A stretch of 63,837 bases of DNA, counting the filler, from Octopus bimaculoides (lineage: Eukaryota), in NCBI RefSeq assembly GCF_001194135.2. It is 6 parts of 4 records of this genome, joined end to end, with 100 filler letters (N's around TTAATTAATTAA, not from the genome) between each part and the next. Parts side by side here need not be neighbours in the genome. Positions count along the whole stretch, not along the records: positions 8,660 to 20,649 come from NC_068999.1; positions 20,750 to 39,656 come from NC_068988.1; 4 more parts are not named here. One strand, written 5' to 3'. Positions within the stretch are counted from its first letter, which is position 1. Every line of letters starts with the position of its first letter. The notes beneath the pieces were generated by a model that had not been told where the DNA came from, did no database searches, and saw only the letters and a list, made by a program, of their open reading frames with translations. Shown here in pieces: positions 13,255 to 26,472 of the stretch. The position numbers and the translations under genes are program-made.

Positions 13255-13488
13255 AAGGCGGCGAACTGGCAGAAACGTTAGCACGCCGGGCGAAATGCTT
13301 AACGGTATTTCGTCTGCCGCTAACGTTCTGAGTTCAAATTCCACCGAGGTCGACTTAGCCTTTCAACCTTTAGGGGTCGATTAAATAAGTACCAGTTACA
13401 CACTGGGGTCATTATAATCTACTTAATCCGTTTGTCTGTCCTTGTTTGTCCCCTCTATGTTTAGCCCCTTGTGGGCAATAAAGAAATA
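13255..13488 (+). mobile_element. SINE family A, full length with 14-bp TSD and alternative 3' tail
   Basis: TSD agaatatcaagtgt at 13241-13254 and 13489-13502; tail gtttgtcccctctatgtttagccccttgtgggcaataaagaaata. Confidence 0.93.
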
Positions 13489-15652
13489 AGAATATCAAGT
13501 GTGAGTAATTCCTTCCTTACCAAGATCCTCTCTGCTGTTTTTCGACAGTCACAGATAGAGTCCCTCGCAGTGTATCTGGCCAAGCATGTGTGACTTTATA
13601 CGTATTATTACCTCTCTTTTTTGCTTCAGTTTATTTCTTAAAGTATTATGGAATTCGGTAGTTACTTCTAAAGTAACTGATATGAGAGCATATTCTAAAA
13701 GAGGAGAAAAATCTGTTTCAAGTGAAAGGGGAATTGTTATCAACATAGTGCTTCTCATATACGTTCATTAGTTAACTTTTCTTTCTCTTCATTTCGGAGA
13801 TATGAAAATTAAAGTCGACGAAGCCCTTAACCGAACACAAAGTATCATAACGTTTTTCTTCTTCCCCTTTCCAGATTGTGTTGGTAAAATTATTATTAGG
13901 GTCACGATGAGTATGTTTCTTTCTTGAACACTTTATGTATGAGATCACAGAAAAGAAAAAAGAGAATTGAAAATCAATTCCAAATATTCACTTGTACTGT
14001 ATTAATCGACACCGAATGAATGAAATGCGAGGTTAGCTTAGGTGGGATTTGAACACAGTGAGCAGACCAGAACTAATACCTCAAGATATTTTGTCGGACA
14101 TTATAATGATGTTATTATTACTGAAACCACTGCGCCGCCGTGTGAGGTGAAACGTGAATAATGTCAATCATATTGACCAGCACTCAATTGTCAAAGTCTT
14201 TCCAGACGTTCTGGAAACACGAACAAAATAATAACTGTTAATTTAATCCAGTTCCGCAAGTGAGCAATCAACCAACCAGAGACAAAGCCGTCAAATTAAG
14301 AACATACGGAATATCGTTGATTTTGTTTTTGTTCTTTTAACCCCAGGCCAGTGCTGAGTGATTTGACCTATTACCAAACACACGCCAGTCGTAATCCTAT
14401 TTTCTGTGGTGTTAATAAAAGCGCAACAGACGCACAGCTGCATTAGACTTCTGTTTGCATTAGCCTGTTGTTTGTAAGATGGTAGGAATTGATTCGAAAG
14501 TGATGACATTTGGGTATTGCTTTTAACAGCTCGAGCGAACAGGTAGACCATGGTAACAAGTGGCGCCGATAGGTAGAGCCAGTGGAAATGCTTCTGGCAG
14601 AGATTATAATTTACTTTGTTATTACATGCAATACCTATTGTCCCCTCTCCTTTCATCTGCCGAAATTGCAATCTGCAGATATTTAAAAATATAGTAGTAG
14701 CGGTAGTAGTGATGATGGAAGTAGCAGTGGTAGTAGCAGCAATAGTAGTAGTAGTAGTAGTATGGTGGTAGATACTAGAACACTTAGTAAAATCGCCGGT
14801 ACCATAACCTCTGGAAGACAGCTCCATCGTGCCATTGTTAAATATAGACCAATTAAATTGTCACGGTTAACCGCGCGCGCGCGCGCGCGTACACACACTA
14901 ACACACACTTAAGAAAATAATGATGATAATAATAATAGTGATGAGGATGATAATAACAAAAACAACAACAACAATAATAATAATAATGTTCACAGATGTG
15001 TAAAAGCTCTTAAATGCCTATGTCAGTTTTGGCAACCAACCTTTATTATTCGACCATAAAAATCAAAACCGAAAGAAAGAAGCCCCGAAAGAGAAAAGAG
15101 AAAGAGAAAAAAAAAGTGAAAAAGAAGAAAACAAAGAAAGAAAAGAAAATGTCGGTAACGTGAATTAGAGAACGTACTTTGTGAAAATTATCAAACTAAA
15201 CAATCAAATAAATAAAATTACTTCATTAAACTCAACTGGTGGACATTAAGTAGTCAAAATATAATGTAAGGTTGCTTCCATTAAATTTCAATAAAATTGG
15301 AATTTACTAGACCAATGATAAAAATAGGAAAGTGGAGGAAAACTAGACCAAAAAAAAAACAAAAAAAACAACAAAAAAAACAAAAACAAACAAACAAACA
15401 AACAAAACAATGTTATGAAGCAATGTAGGAAGGGAGACTGAAGGGCGTTTTTGTTAGATTTCTTCATTATTTTGTATTTTAAATAATAATAATAACAATA
15501 AGGATAATAACAGTAATAATAATAATGATAACAATAATAACGATAACAATAATAATAATAATTATAATAACAATAATAACGATAACGATAATAATAACAA
15601 TAATAATAACAACAATAATAATAATAATAATAAAATTAATAATAATAATAAT

Positions 15653-15857
15653 GGTTTCAAATTGTGCCACAGCAGCAGCTTTGGGGGAAGGGATGGATCG
15701 ATTACATCCTTCCCCAGTGTTAAACTGGTACTTATTTTTATCGACCGAGAAAGGCAAAGTCGACCTCGACGGAATTAGAACTCAGAACGTAGCAACGGGA
15801 AAAATACTGCTAAGCATTTCGTCCAGCGTGCTAACGATTCTGCCAGCTCACCGCCTT
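15653..15857 (-). mobile_element. SINE family A inside an (AAT)n tract
   Basis: Head aaggcggtgagctggcagaatcgttagcacg on the minus strand; (AAT)n on both sides (15480-15650, 15862-15905). Confidence 0.9.
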
Positions 15858-15861
15858 AATC

Positions 15862-15906
<45 letters not shown>

Positions 15907-16112
15907 TCATTATTTTATTAGCCACAAGGGCTTAGATAAAACAACATAAATTGGCATGATACAATATAGAAGACAAAGGGTCTTCAGCATGTAAATAATT
16001 TATATAACAATAAAAAATTAAACAAAATAAAACTCCCCAAAGGAGGTGCTTTAAAGTCCTTGTGGAAAATCCCACAAAAGCCCCGTCCTACACGCTACAG
16101 CAGGAATGATAA

Positions 16113-16144
<32 letters not shown>

Positions 16145-16159
16145 TGATAATCATAAACC

Positions 16160-16330
16160 TTTCTACTATAGGCACAAGGCCGGAAAGTTCAGTTGAGGAG
16201 GCAGGTCGATTACATCGTACTCGATGCTCAACTGGTACATAATTTTCGGACCCGAAAGGATAAAAGGCAAAGTCAACCTCGGCGGGATTTGAACTCAGGA
16301 CGTGAAGACAGACAAAATGTAGCTAAACAT
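16160..16330 (-). mobile_element. SINE family A, 5'-truncated
   Basis: gagttcaaatcccgccgaggttgactttgccttttatcc body on the minus strand. Confidence 0.8.
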
Positions 16331-16442
16331 TCTCTCTAGGATGCTAGGGATTGTGCCAGCTTGTCCCCTTATTGTGTTTGAAATGTTGGCAAAAAGCAAG
16401 CAAATTAATATATATATAGGCGGAATAGTGGCTATATACATG

Positions 16443-16494
<52 letters not shown>

Positions 16495-16499
<5 letters not shown>

Positions 16500-16656
16500 C
16501 AGGAGTGGCTGTGTGGTAAGAAGCTTGTTTTCCAGCAACATGGTTCTGGGTTCAATCCCACTGTGTGGCACCTTGGGTCAGTGTCTTCTACTGAAGCCTA
16601 GGGCCGACCAAAGTCTTGTCAACGGATTTGGTAGACGGAAATTCAAAGAAGCCCTT

Positions 16657-16657
<1 letters not shown>
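16495..16657 (+). mobile_element. tRNA-derived SINE family B (other copies on minus: 21815-21960, 22200-22295, 30708-30866, 57165-57310)
   Basis: aggcgcaggagtggctgtgtggtaagaagcttg...gggttcaatcccactgtgtggcaccttggg...ggatttggtagacggaaa, followed by a (TA)n tail. Confidence 0.85.
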
Positions 16658-16691
<34 letters not shown>

Positions 16692-17288
16692 GCATATAAT
16701 ACAAACACACAAACCATACCCCATATATATATGTCTGTATACATGGGCATATATTCAAACATATATATGTGTGTATGTGTTTCTGCGTATATGTATATGA
16801 GCTGAAGTACAATAACTTAATGAATGACAAACAAACAAATCGATGTCCAGCGGTATCAGTAAAAATCATCTGACGTTGTTTAAAGGAAGTAAAAAGTGAA
16901 CAAAATAAACGCACCAAGAAAATAAAATATTTTCAGAAATGGGGACAAATCGAAGAAAGGAAAAAGATGTTAACTAAAATCTATGGCAGTAAACGTGAAA
17001 CAATATATCAACGACATCCTTTTCCCTGGTCTTATTGCAAATAAAAAATAGTGTCATTTGTTATATATTTATTAATATATTCACTTACTTCTCTAGCTAA
17101 CTGTTGGCAATCTCCTCTTCTTTTTCACACATTCATGCGTGTATATGCATTCATAATTATATGCAGTTATTTATATATATATATACATACAGAATTGTAT
17201 TTCTCTATCTATCTATCTATGTGTCTGTCTGTCTGTCTGTATATATATATATATTCTTGTGTGTGTACATATTTATGCATGTATGTAT

Positions 17289-17324
<36 letters not shown>

Positions 17325-17767
17325 CACGTGCGCATACGCATACACATATACAATATAGCGATATTTAACTATATCTATGTCTACGTATTTATGTGTCTAT
17401 TTATGAGATGAATAACCCCCTCCAACTCAAAACGCGCCATTTTACATGTTTTCATTTTATTTATGATAAAAGATCTGATCTAGTTTGTATCTAAAATGAT
17501 AGCATAAACATTGAAAAACAAAACATAAACATTATTTTTTCTTCCACTTTATTCTGATATATAAACTATACCATAGTTTGTTCATTTTGTTTAGTTCTAT
17601 TTGCTAAATGAAAATACCTCCTGCGAATATGTTTAAAATTTTAGTTAATTTTAGTTAAATAGATACACAGGGATATACGAATGAACAAATAAAGACACAT
17701 ACAATAGGAATACAAAATGGTTGACCATTAGTAAGGAAAGACACAAAAAAGAAAGAAGAAAGCAAAT

Positions 17768-17811
17768 GACCACTGATGAGGTCACAGACGTGTGACGAAA
17801 GAACTCTGGCC
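17768..17811 (+). ncRNA. Minimal type I hammerhead ribozyme motif (Penelope-like-element style)
   Basis: gacca-CTGATGA-g-gtcaca gacg tgtgac-GAAA-g-aa-CTC-tggcc: intact core, 6-bp stem II, minimal stem III, stem I gacca/tggcc (4 of 5 pairs), cleavage triplet CUC. Confidence 0.7.
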
Positions 17812-18203
17812 GAAATACAATTAATCTTCTATACTATAAATTGCAGTGTTCTTGATTGCTTGATTGATTGAGTGAGTGTCGGCAGATTCACTCGAGAACG
17901 GTGCAGTGGAATCGCGTGAAATTCAGCACAGAGCGGCAGCATGGTCCACTCATGTTTAGGAGATTTTTATTGCCCTCCAACTCCTATGGATACCGAGATA
18001 ATCGATTATTACTTTTTAAGATAGGAATATCCCATTCAAAGTGGGGAGGGGCGATTTTGTTGCCTTTCCCATGCGCGAAATTTTACGAAAAACCAGCACA
18101 ATAAAGATTATTTTTTTCCAAGTAATGTGGCTGCGTTTGTTTTTCGAAAAGTTTAATGAGAGGCCCAGAAAAAAAATAATTTCAATTTTTTGTNNNNNNN
18201 NNN

Positions 18204-18727
18204 AGCGTAAGCTATAGCTTACGCTCTTTCTAATTACTATGTTTTTTTTCAACTTCAGTTACAAATGTCTTCAAACGTCGACATTCAAACAGCTTTTCCA
18301 TATTGAGACAAACGGACTGTGCACATTTGTATCCATCCGGAACGCGTTTTCAATAATTGAAATTCACAATTATAATCAGTGTACATGAACGTCCAACCTA
18401 TGATTGATCTTGAACAGTTTCGATTAACATTCTTGTGTCGCCAATACAACAACCGCACTACCATATATTTTTCTTTTAAGGCGAGGTTACACCACAAATA
18501 AGGTTCCGTGACTACATGGGGCTATGGGTACACACGTAAAGTTAGTTTTACAATATTGACCCGCAAAATCCTTAGCATCATATTGTTTTGGGGTTGTTCT
18601 TACTTTTTTTGTTTTTGGAATTTGTTTTTTTTATTTTTAGTTCTTTTTATTATTCAAAATATACATAGGAAATAGCCTTTAACCAAACCCACCACACTGC
18701 CCGAGTGAAACCGGGAAAAACAGCTAG
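18204..18727 (+). mobile_element. Non-autonomous Helitron 3' portion
   Basis: Hairpin cccg-agtgaaac-cggg (18700-18715), then CTAG|T at 18724-18728. The 5' limit is hidden by a gap. Confidence 0.65.
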
Positions 18728-18884
18728 TATAAAATAAAGCTGAAGCGAGTGAACACCAAATATATAGTGCGTGTGTTCTTATTGACTAAACTGGCAACAT
18801 GACCATCCTCAAATACAACAATATCTGTTTCAACACACTAATTTACATCAACAATCTTCCAAAATGAATATATATGTAAATATA

Positions 18885-20245
18885 ATAAATTTGGGATATT
18901 TACCAATAGAAAAGCAACTTCTATTTCAGGATAACCTGATGGTATGGTTTACGCAGGGAAAAATTACATCAAATAAAATAATTAAAATAGCATACAATAA
19001 AATTAGTTAAATGATTATAACATACTTGTTATTAACCTGTGGGGAAAGAAGTTATAACAGTATTATATGCGGATAAACTAAGAACTTATTAAACAATATT
19101 ACATTTAAATGAATAGACAGGCCACATTTATATAACATAAATCTCAAAATCTAAAACGCTTTGAATATCCATTGATAGCTAGCTTTACGAATATAGCCTA
19201 TTTCTAGTAATTTAATTCTTTATTGTCCACAAAGGGCTAAACATAGAGGGGACAAACGAGGAAGTCGATTGCATCGACTCCTGTGCGTAACTCGTACTTA
19301 TTTAATCGACGCCGAAAGGATGAAAGGCAAAGTCGGCCTCGGCGGAATTTGAACTCAGAACGGAGCGGCAGTCGAAATACCGCTAAGCAATTTTCCTGGC
19401 GTGCTAACGATTCTGCCAGCTCGACGCTTTCGCCGCCTTCGCGTATTTTTATTTATTATATCCCCTTGACTTCAACCTCTTTAATATTATCAGTTTTAGA
19501 GTATTTTCAGAGTGTTTTATTTTAATATTTATGTTATTCCCATAATACTTAGCGTGTGATACTGGGAGCTGCCATTTGCACTTGAAATAGAAGGATTAAT
19601 GATTATGTCGTAAAGTAATCTACTTTTTTTTTATTAATATTATTCAATTAGTTTCTAACGAAAGTAGGTGTATTTACTAATTAATCTTTTTTCTACACTA
19701 TTAACTCACATTTGCTAGAAATATGTTTTATTATACTCGTATTGACAGGGTTAAATTTTACACTAAATTATTAATTTCTATAACATATTTTTAGATATAT
19801 TACAAGACTGGACATGTTTTTAATTTAATCGTTAATAGTTTCCTTAAGTATAGCACTTTCAGTATATATCGTAATTGTACTTCAGGTATTTAATATTTTA
19901 AAAATATATTTGAAATCCTTATTTTCATTGTTAATATGATTTTTTAGTTTTTACCCGTAAATAATAATAACATATATATAGCCTGGGGAGGCACAGGTGG
20001 ATTTATGTATTAGGTATCACCTAAAATACACACCAGCGCAGAAACACATGTAACGATCACTAGTACTGCCTTTTTTCCGCATAGATTAATGACTGATAAG
20101 AGGTACGATATATTTATTTAACAAATTTTATTGTATGTTATTTTAATTATTTTATTTGATGTAATTTTTCTCTACGTATACCATACCATGTGGCTATTTT
20201 GAAATAAGAGTTGCTTATCTATTGGTAAATATCCCAAATTTGTAA
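18885..20245. mobile_element. Foldback/MITE-like element with about 180-bp diverged inverted arms
   Basis: aaatttgggatatttaccaatag...gaaaaattacatcaaataaaataattaaaata at 18885-19060 recurs inverted at about 20068-20245. A SINE is inserted internally. Confidence 0.8.
19210..19439 (-). mobile_element. SINE family A with the alternative tail
   Basis: Head aaggcggcg...gagctggcagaatcgttagcacg; tail gtttgtcccctctatgtttagccctttgtggacaataaag. Confidence 0.88.
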
Positions 20246-20749
20246 TAATAATATTATAAAATATACTTTTTACAATTCATTAGAAAAGTGGGCACTATCA
20301 CGCTATTAGACGTCAAAAGTGAAAGTAGTCGCTGTCTGTCTGCCTGTCTGCCTGCATGCCTGTTGCTGGTCTGTCAGCCTGCTTGTCTGTCTGCCTGCAT
20401 GCCTGCTGCTGGCCTGTCTGCCTGCTTGCCTGCTGAGCTATCTGTGTGTCCGTCTGTCTGTCTGTCTGCTGGTTTGAGTTGATACTATGGCTTACTTACT
20501 TACTGATATCTATCTACTATGTATCTATCTATCAATTATTAGAAAACACAGATTTAATATAAAAACATATTTCCTGAAATTGCAAATTATTTAAAATATA
20601 AAAATATAATTTTCAACAGAGAGAATTTATCAAAATAGAAAACAAATGANNNNNNNNNNNNNNNNNNNNNNNNNNNNNNNNNNNNNNNNNNNNTTAATTA
20701 ATTAANNNNNNNNNNNNNNNNNNNNNNNNNNNNNNNNNNNNNNNNNNNN

Positions 20750-20828
<79 letters not shown>

Positions 20829-20931
20829 TATACTTACATAGAGAAACACGCACGGTTACACCTTACGGATAAATGTGCGTATATAGAAACACGCGCGCAT
20901 GCACATACACACGCATAGAGAGAGAGAGGGG

Positions 20932-20979
<48 letters not shown>

Positions 20980-21450
20980 TGGGTAGGCAGACAAAAGAAA
21001 TAGTTACTATTTGTAGCTAGGCCACATTATTGTCAGCATGTGGAAACTCAATAATAACTTATAATATATTGTTACGTCTAATACACATACATTACTGTAT
21101 ACTGCCAACTTTATAAGTTGTACATAAGAGTAAACAGTGCATGTTTCACCGACATAGCACGGATAAAATGTACAACTACAAAAATATACGCACACATTCG
21201 TACAGTAATATATAACCATTGTAGCCGACGGGAACGTCTACGAGGTCGTTGACCTGTAAGAAAAAGTAGCAAAATCTCCCTAAAATCTGTTCCATTACGT
21301 ATTCATTTAATAAATACCTCTTTAAAAGAGATTAGGATTATGATGCCTCTAACTGAAATAATTACTTTTGGTCACAGATCTTGCGCCGATCAGGACTTTT
21401 CCTGGGACGGAGCGTCACACACACACACACTCGCACATGCGCACACACAT

Positions 21451-21526
<76 letters not shown>

Positions 21527-21534
21527 CGTGTGTA

Positions 21535-21720
21535 TTGTCTATCTTTGCTTTGCTAGTTTCAGTCAATTGTCTGCGACCATGCTGGGGCACTACCTTGAAG
21601 AATTTTAGTCGAAAAAACGGTCCCACGACTTATTCTATTATATAGTCTGGTACTTATTCTATCAGTCTCGTTTGCCGCGACATAAAGAAACATACACCGA
21701 TTGCGGTGCGGGACAAACAC
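21535..21720 (-). mobile_element. SINE family D 3' domain (other copies: 21965-22110 -, 36545-36680 -, 50195-50385 +)
   Basis: Shared block cggcaaacgagactgatagaataagtaccag...ggtagtgccccagcatggtcgcag..aattgactgaaact. Confidence 0.7.
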
Positions 21721-22654
21721 AAAGAGACACACACACACACACACACACATACACTCACACATACACAAACACACACACACACAGGTGTGTGTGTGTATAC
21801 ATATACATATATATGTGCACACGTGACGGGCTTCTTTCAGTTTCCGTCTACCAAATGCATTCACAAGGCTTTGGTCGGCCCGCAGCTATAATAGAAGACA
21901 GTGGGAATGAACCAGGAACCATGTGGTTAGGGAGCAAGCTTCTTGTCACATCCACCCACGCACGTTTCAGTCATTGGACAGCAGTCATGCTGGTGTACCT
22001 TGAAGGATTTAGTCGAACAAATCAACTCCAAAAATATCTTTTAAAGTTTGGTGCTAATTCTATCAGTCTCTTTTGCCCAAATGCTTATTCACAGAAACGT
22101 AAACAAACCAAGATCGGTCGTGAAGCAGTGCTAGTGGGACACGCACAAAGACACACACACACACACACACAACAAGTATACACTCTCACACATGTATATA
22201 TGCAGAAGACGCCCAAGGAGCAGTGCAGTGGGAGTGAACCTGAAGCCACGTGGCTGGGAAGCAAACGGATCTATTTCAAAACTTCTAACCACACAACCAC
22301 AAACGCACACACAGACACACGCGCGCGCGCGTACATATGTATTCGTGTATAAGCACCAACGTATATCGACTACACACAAACACACACGTATACATTCACA
22401 CACATACATTCGAATATGCACATACAGGCATACACACAGAGATGTATACTGATACATGTGTACCAATGTGAGCGCTGTGTGTGTGTGTGTGTGTGTGTGT
22501 GTGAGTGTGTGTTGTGTGTGTGTGTTTGCCTGCACGTCTATATGTGCGTACGTGTATTATGAGCGCGTATTTTCGTGAGCGAATGTTACCCTGTGTATTT
22601 GTATATCAACACATATTAGTGAGTATTTCTGCGCGTTTGTATATATGTGTTAAA

Positions 22655-22689
<35 letters not shown>

Positions 22690-24698
22690 TGTGTGTGCGT
22701 GTGTCTGTGTGGTTCCATATGCAGGACGACCATAAATGCATTGTTACGTGCACCTCTGCATACATATGTATTCCTCCGTAGAACAACTTAACATGACGTC
22801 TTGGCACCGAAACCAATCCAGATCAGTCCATTTTTGACATTGAGGGGTGAAATGTGTTGACAAACAACCCTCACCTTCTTTCTTCATATAATGACTGTTT
22901 TATTGTTACCNNNNNNNNNNNNNNNNNNNNNNNNNNNNNNNNNNNNNNNNNNNNNNNNNNNNNNNNNNNNNNNNNNNNNNNNNNNNNNNNNNNNNNNNNN
23001 NNNNNNNNNNNNNNNNNNNNNNNNNNNNNNNNNNNNNNNNNNNNNNNNNNNNNNNNNNNNNNNNNNNNNNNNNNNNNNNNNNNNNNNNNNNNNNNNNNNN
23101 NNNNNNNNNNNNNNNNNNNNNNNNNNNNNNNNNNNNNNNNNNNNNNNNNNNNNNNNNNNNNNNNNNNNNNNNNNNNNNNNNNNNNNNNNNNNNNNNNNNN
23201 NNNNNNNNNNNNNNNNNNNNNNNNNNNNNNNNNNNNNNNNNNNNNNNNNNNNNNNNNNNNNNNNNNNNNNNNNNNNNNNNNNNNNNNNNNNNNNNNNNNN
23301 NNNNNNNNNNNNNNNNNNNNNNNNNNNNNNNNNNNNNNNNNNNNNNNNNNNNNNNNNNNNNNNNNNNNNNNNNNNNNNNNNNNNNNNNNNNNNNNNNNNN
23401 NNNNNNNNNNNNNNNNNNNNNNNNNNNNNNNNNNNNNNNNNNNNNNNNNNNNNNNNNNNNNNNNNNNNNNNNNNNNNNNNNNNNNNNNNNNNNNNNNNNN
23501 NNNNNNNNNNNNNNNNNNNNNNNNNNNNNNNNNNNNNNNNNNNNNNNNNNNNNNNNNNNNNNNNNNNNNNNNNNNNNNNNNNNNNNNNNNNNNNNNNNNN
23601 NNNNNNNNNNNNNNNNNNNNNNNNNNNNNNCCCCACCAACTACGTCATAAGTCTAAATCAGCAACCCCCTCCCTCCCTACTCCACCAGGACAGATTTTAT
23701 CTTTTTTTTCTCCGTTCACTTATCTACTTCTGGTTTATTCCGAAACTACTGCACACACACACACGCACACGCACACGCACGCGCACACTCAAATACACAC
23801 ACACACACACACGCACACGCCATACACGTATACACATACAGTCAAGCATACAAGCACGCATACACACTGCACACACATATAAGAACATAGACTCATTGAT
23901 ACGTACTCACATGCACACGCATAAAACACACGCGCGCGCACACCCATCCATTTATATAGAAATATACAGCTATAGACATACACTCATCTCCATACACCTA
24001 CGCGCATACACACATATACACACATTTTCAGATACGAGCCTATGAAGAAACATCTACACGGTCGCTCGATCTGCTAGATATAGCAACCAAATCACATTCA
24101 AATCACACCCGTCCTGAAAACAAGGAGGAATGATCACAGTTGGAACAATTTTGATGTTTAGTCTACTCGATTACATGTACGTTGGCCAAAATAGGCAACA
24201 CACACACACACACGCGAACACATCGAGGCATCCGCAATCACACACACAGACACACAAGACTGCACACACAGAAAGATGTAAGTTGATTGTATCAGGATGC
24301 AGATGGGAGCTAATTGTTTTTCCATTACTCTATGATATATTCAGCCTAAAGGTTGAATGTATTGTTGGTTATGAATTAGTTCAGTGGGAACAATAGCAGA
24401 AAACAAATTACAAAACCCGCCGAGGTCAACTTTTCTACATTCATTTGAAGATCGACCTCTATTCCGAAACGTCAGTTTTGTTTTCCACACTCCACAGCAA
24501 CTGAATTTCAACAACAGAAGTTATACATGGTTAATCGTAGAAATAGCTGCCAAATCATCCTTAAATCAAAATCTGCCGTCATTAAAATGAGGTGGACAGA
24601 TAAAATAACAATTTCTATATACTCACTACTAAACGAAAAGAGGTTTGAGGTTTATGGTTGGAATGTTGACGGTCTGCTCAATCAGTGTTGGCAAATAC

Positions 24699-24767
<69 letters not shown>

Positions 24768-24790
24768 TAATGATAATAATAATGATGATG

Positions 24791-24860
<70 letters not shown>

Positions 24861-24870
24861 NNNNNNNNNN

Positions 24871-25083
24871 CAGAAAAATGCATAACAAAAACACCAGGAC
24901 TTACAAATATATATAACATACAGAAAATTGCACTACTGGGTACTGCACACATCCTACGCAAAACACTTTCAATACAGCAACCATAAGAGCATCACAGCAA
25001 ACCACAGCACATACCCAAGGCACACAGAGCTGCGCTCGGTAGTGAAGTGAAAGCACGTTATAAAAAAATAAAACTACTGAACG
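24871..25083 (+). mobile_element. R4/Dong LINE extreme 3' end (subfamily A)
   Basis: EKCITKTPGLTNIYNIQKIALLGTAHILRKTLSIQQP* is the typical RLE-LINE C-terminus; about 100 bp of 3'UTR then (AAT)n. Confidence 0.8.
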
Positions 25084-25136
<53 letters not shown>

Positions 25137-25142
<6 letters not shown>

Positions 25143-26469
25143 CTGAATGCAAGAAACAGGATCGAAGCGGTCAATACTTTAGCCATACCGGTCATGACTT
25201 AGAGTTTCAGTATCATTAACTGGTCAATTATTGAAATATGTAAACTTGACAGAAAAATACGAAACTTATTGACAGTGCATAGAATGCACCACCCTAAGGC
25301 AGATATAGAACGACTTTATCTGCCAAGAAAAGAGGGAGGCCGTGGATTTTTAAACTGGGATTTACAATAAATATTCCCACAACTGACCTAGCTACCTACC
25401 TGAAAAACTCTGAGTACTGGATGTTAAAACTTGTCTCAAAACATGAAAACAAGAAAGCATCTTACTCTGTAACAAAACAGGCAAAAGAATATCTGAGTGA
25501 ATTCCAAATACTAGAAACAAGCACAGGAAAAGCTAAGCGTATGAAAACCCGTGCTAAAACTGCTGCCTTAGATATTCTGAATGATAAATGACAAGAAAAA
25601 CCTCTCAATGGCAAATAACCAAAGAGAGCTAATAGTGCCGATGTTGACAAAGCCCTTACCCATCAATAGCTTAAAATCAGAAACAAGGGTTTATCATAGC
25701 AGCCCAAGATCAATGCCTACCTACAAGAAACTACCAGGCCAACATATTAAAGAACGGTAGCTGCCCAACATGTCGTGTATGGCAACAACAAAATGAAACC
25801 ATTGATCATGTTGTCTCCATGGGTAATTTTCAAAAACCTGGACCTACCTCATGATAAAAAAAAAAAAAACTGGTGGGAACACAAACCACCTCCAGTGCTT
25901 GAAAATCATCACATCTCACTCTTATGGAACTTCACCATTCAAACTGACAGAAAGTTAGATGAGAATAGGCCAAACATTATATTGAAAGACTTCAGACAAA
26001 AATCATTACCTCCTCATTAATATGACTGTCCCAATCGATACAAATATATCTGTCAAGATCAAACAAAAACTGAGCAAATATAAAGATCTTGAAATAGAAA
26101 TTGTCAAAATGTGGAACCTCAAGACTAGAACAATACCTGTTGTCATAGGTGCCCTAGGAACGATAGCAAAAGGAGCTGATTGCTACCTAGCTCAGATACA
26201 AGGAAACCCAAAACGGCAAAAATTCAAAAGATAGTGCTCATGGGAACTGCCCGTAACCTACGTAAAATACTGTCTATGTAATCTCAAATTTTAAAACAAA
26301 CTCATAACTTCTTATGTCTTCTTAAACATTCTCTCGAACAATACTATGTACAAAACCAAATATAAAACACCTAGGAATAACAGCAACATGAACTTCTGAC
26401 TTGTTGTCTCTTGAAGTCTCTGGGTGAGATTTGGAGCCAACTTGTACAAATACAAAGTAAAAGTCAAAC

Positions 26470-26472
<3 letters not shown>
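25137..26472 (+). mobile_element. R4/Dong LINE, 5'-truncated (subfamily B), flanked by (AAT)n on both sides
   Basis: ELNARNRIEAVNTLAIPVM...KLDRKIRNLLTVHRMHHPKADIERLYLPRKEGGRG; AAQDQCLPTRNY; CPTCR..ETIDHV; LLWNFTIQTDRKLDENRPNII; KYKDLEIEIVKMW...IPVVIGALG; LMGTARNLRKILSM*. Several stops, frameshifts and a deletion. Confidence 0.92.
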
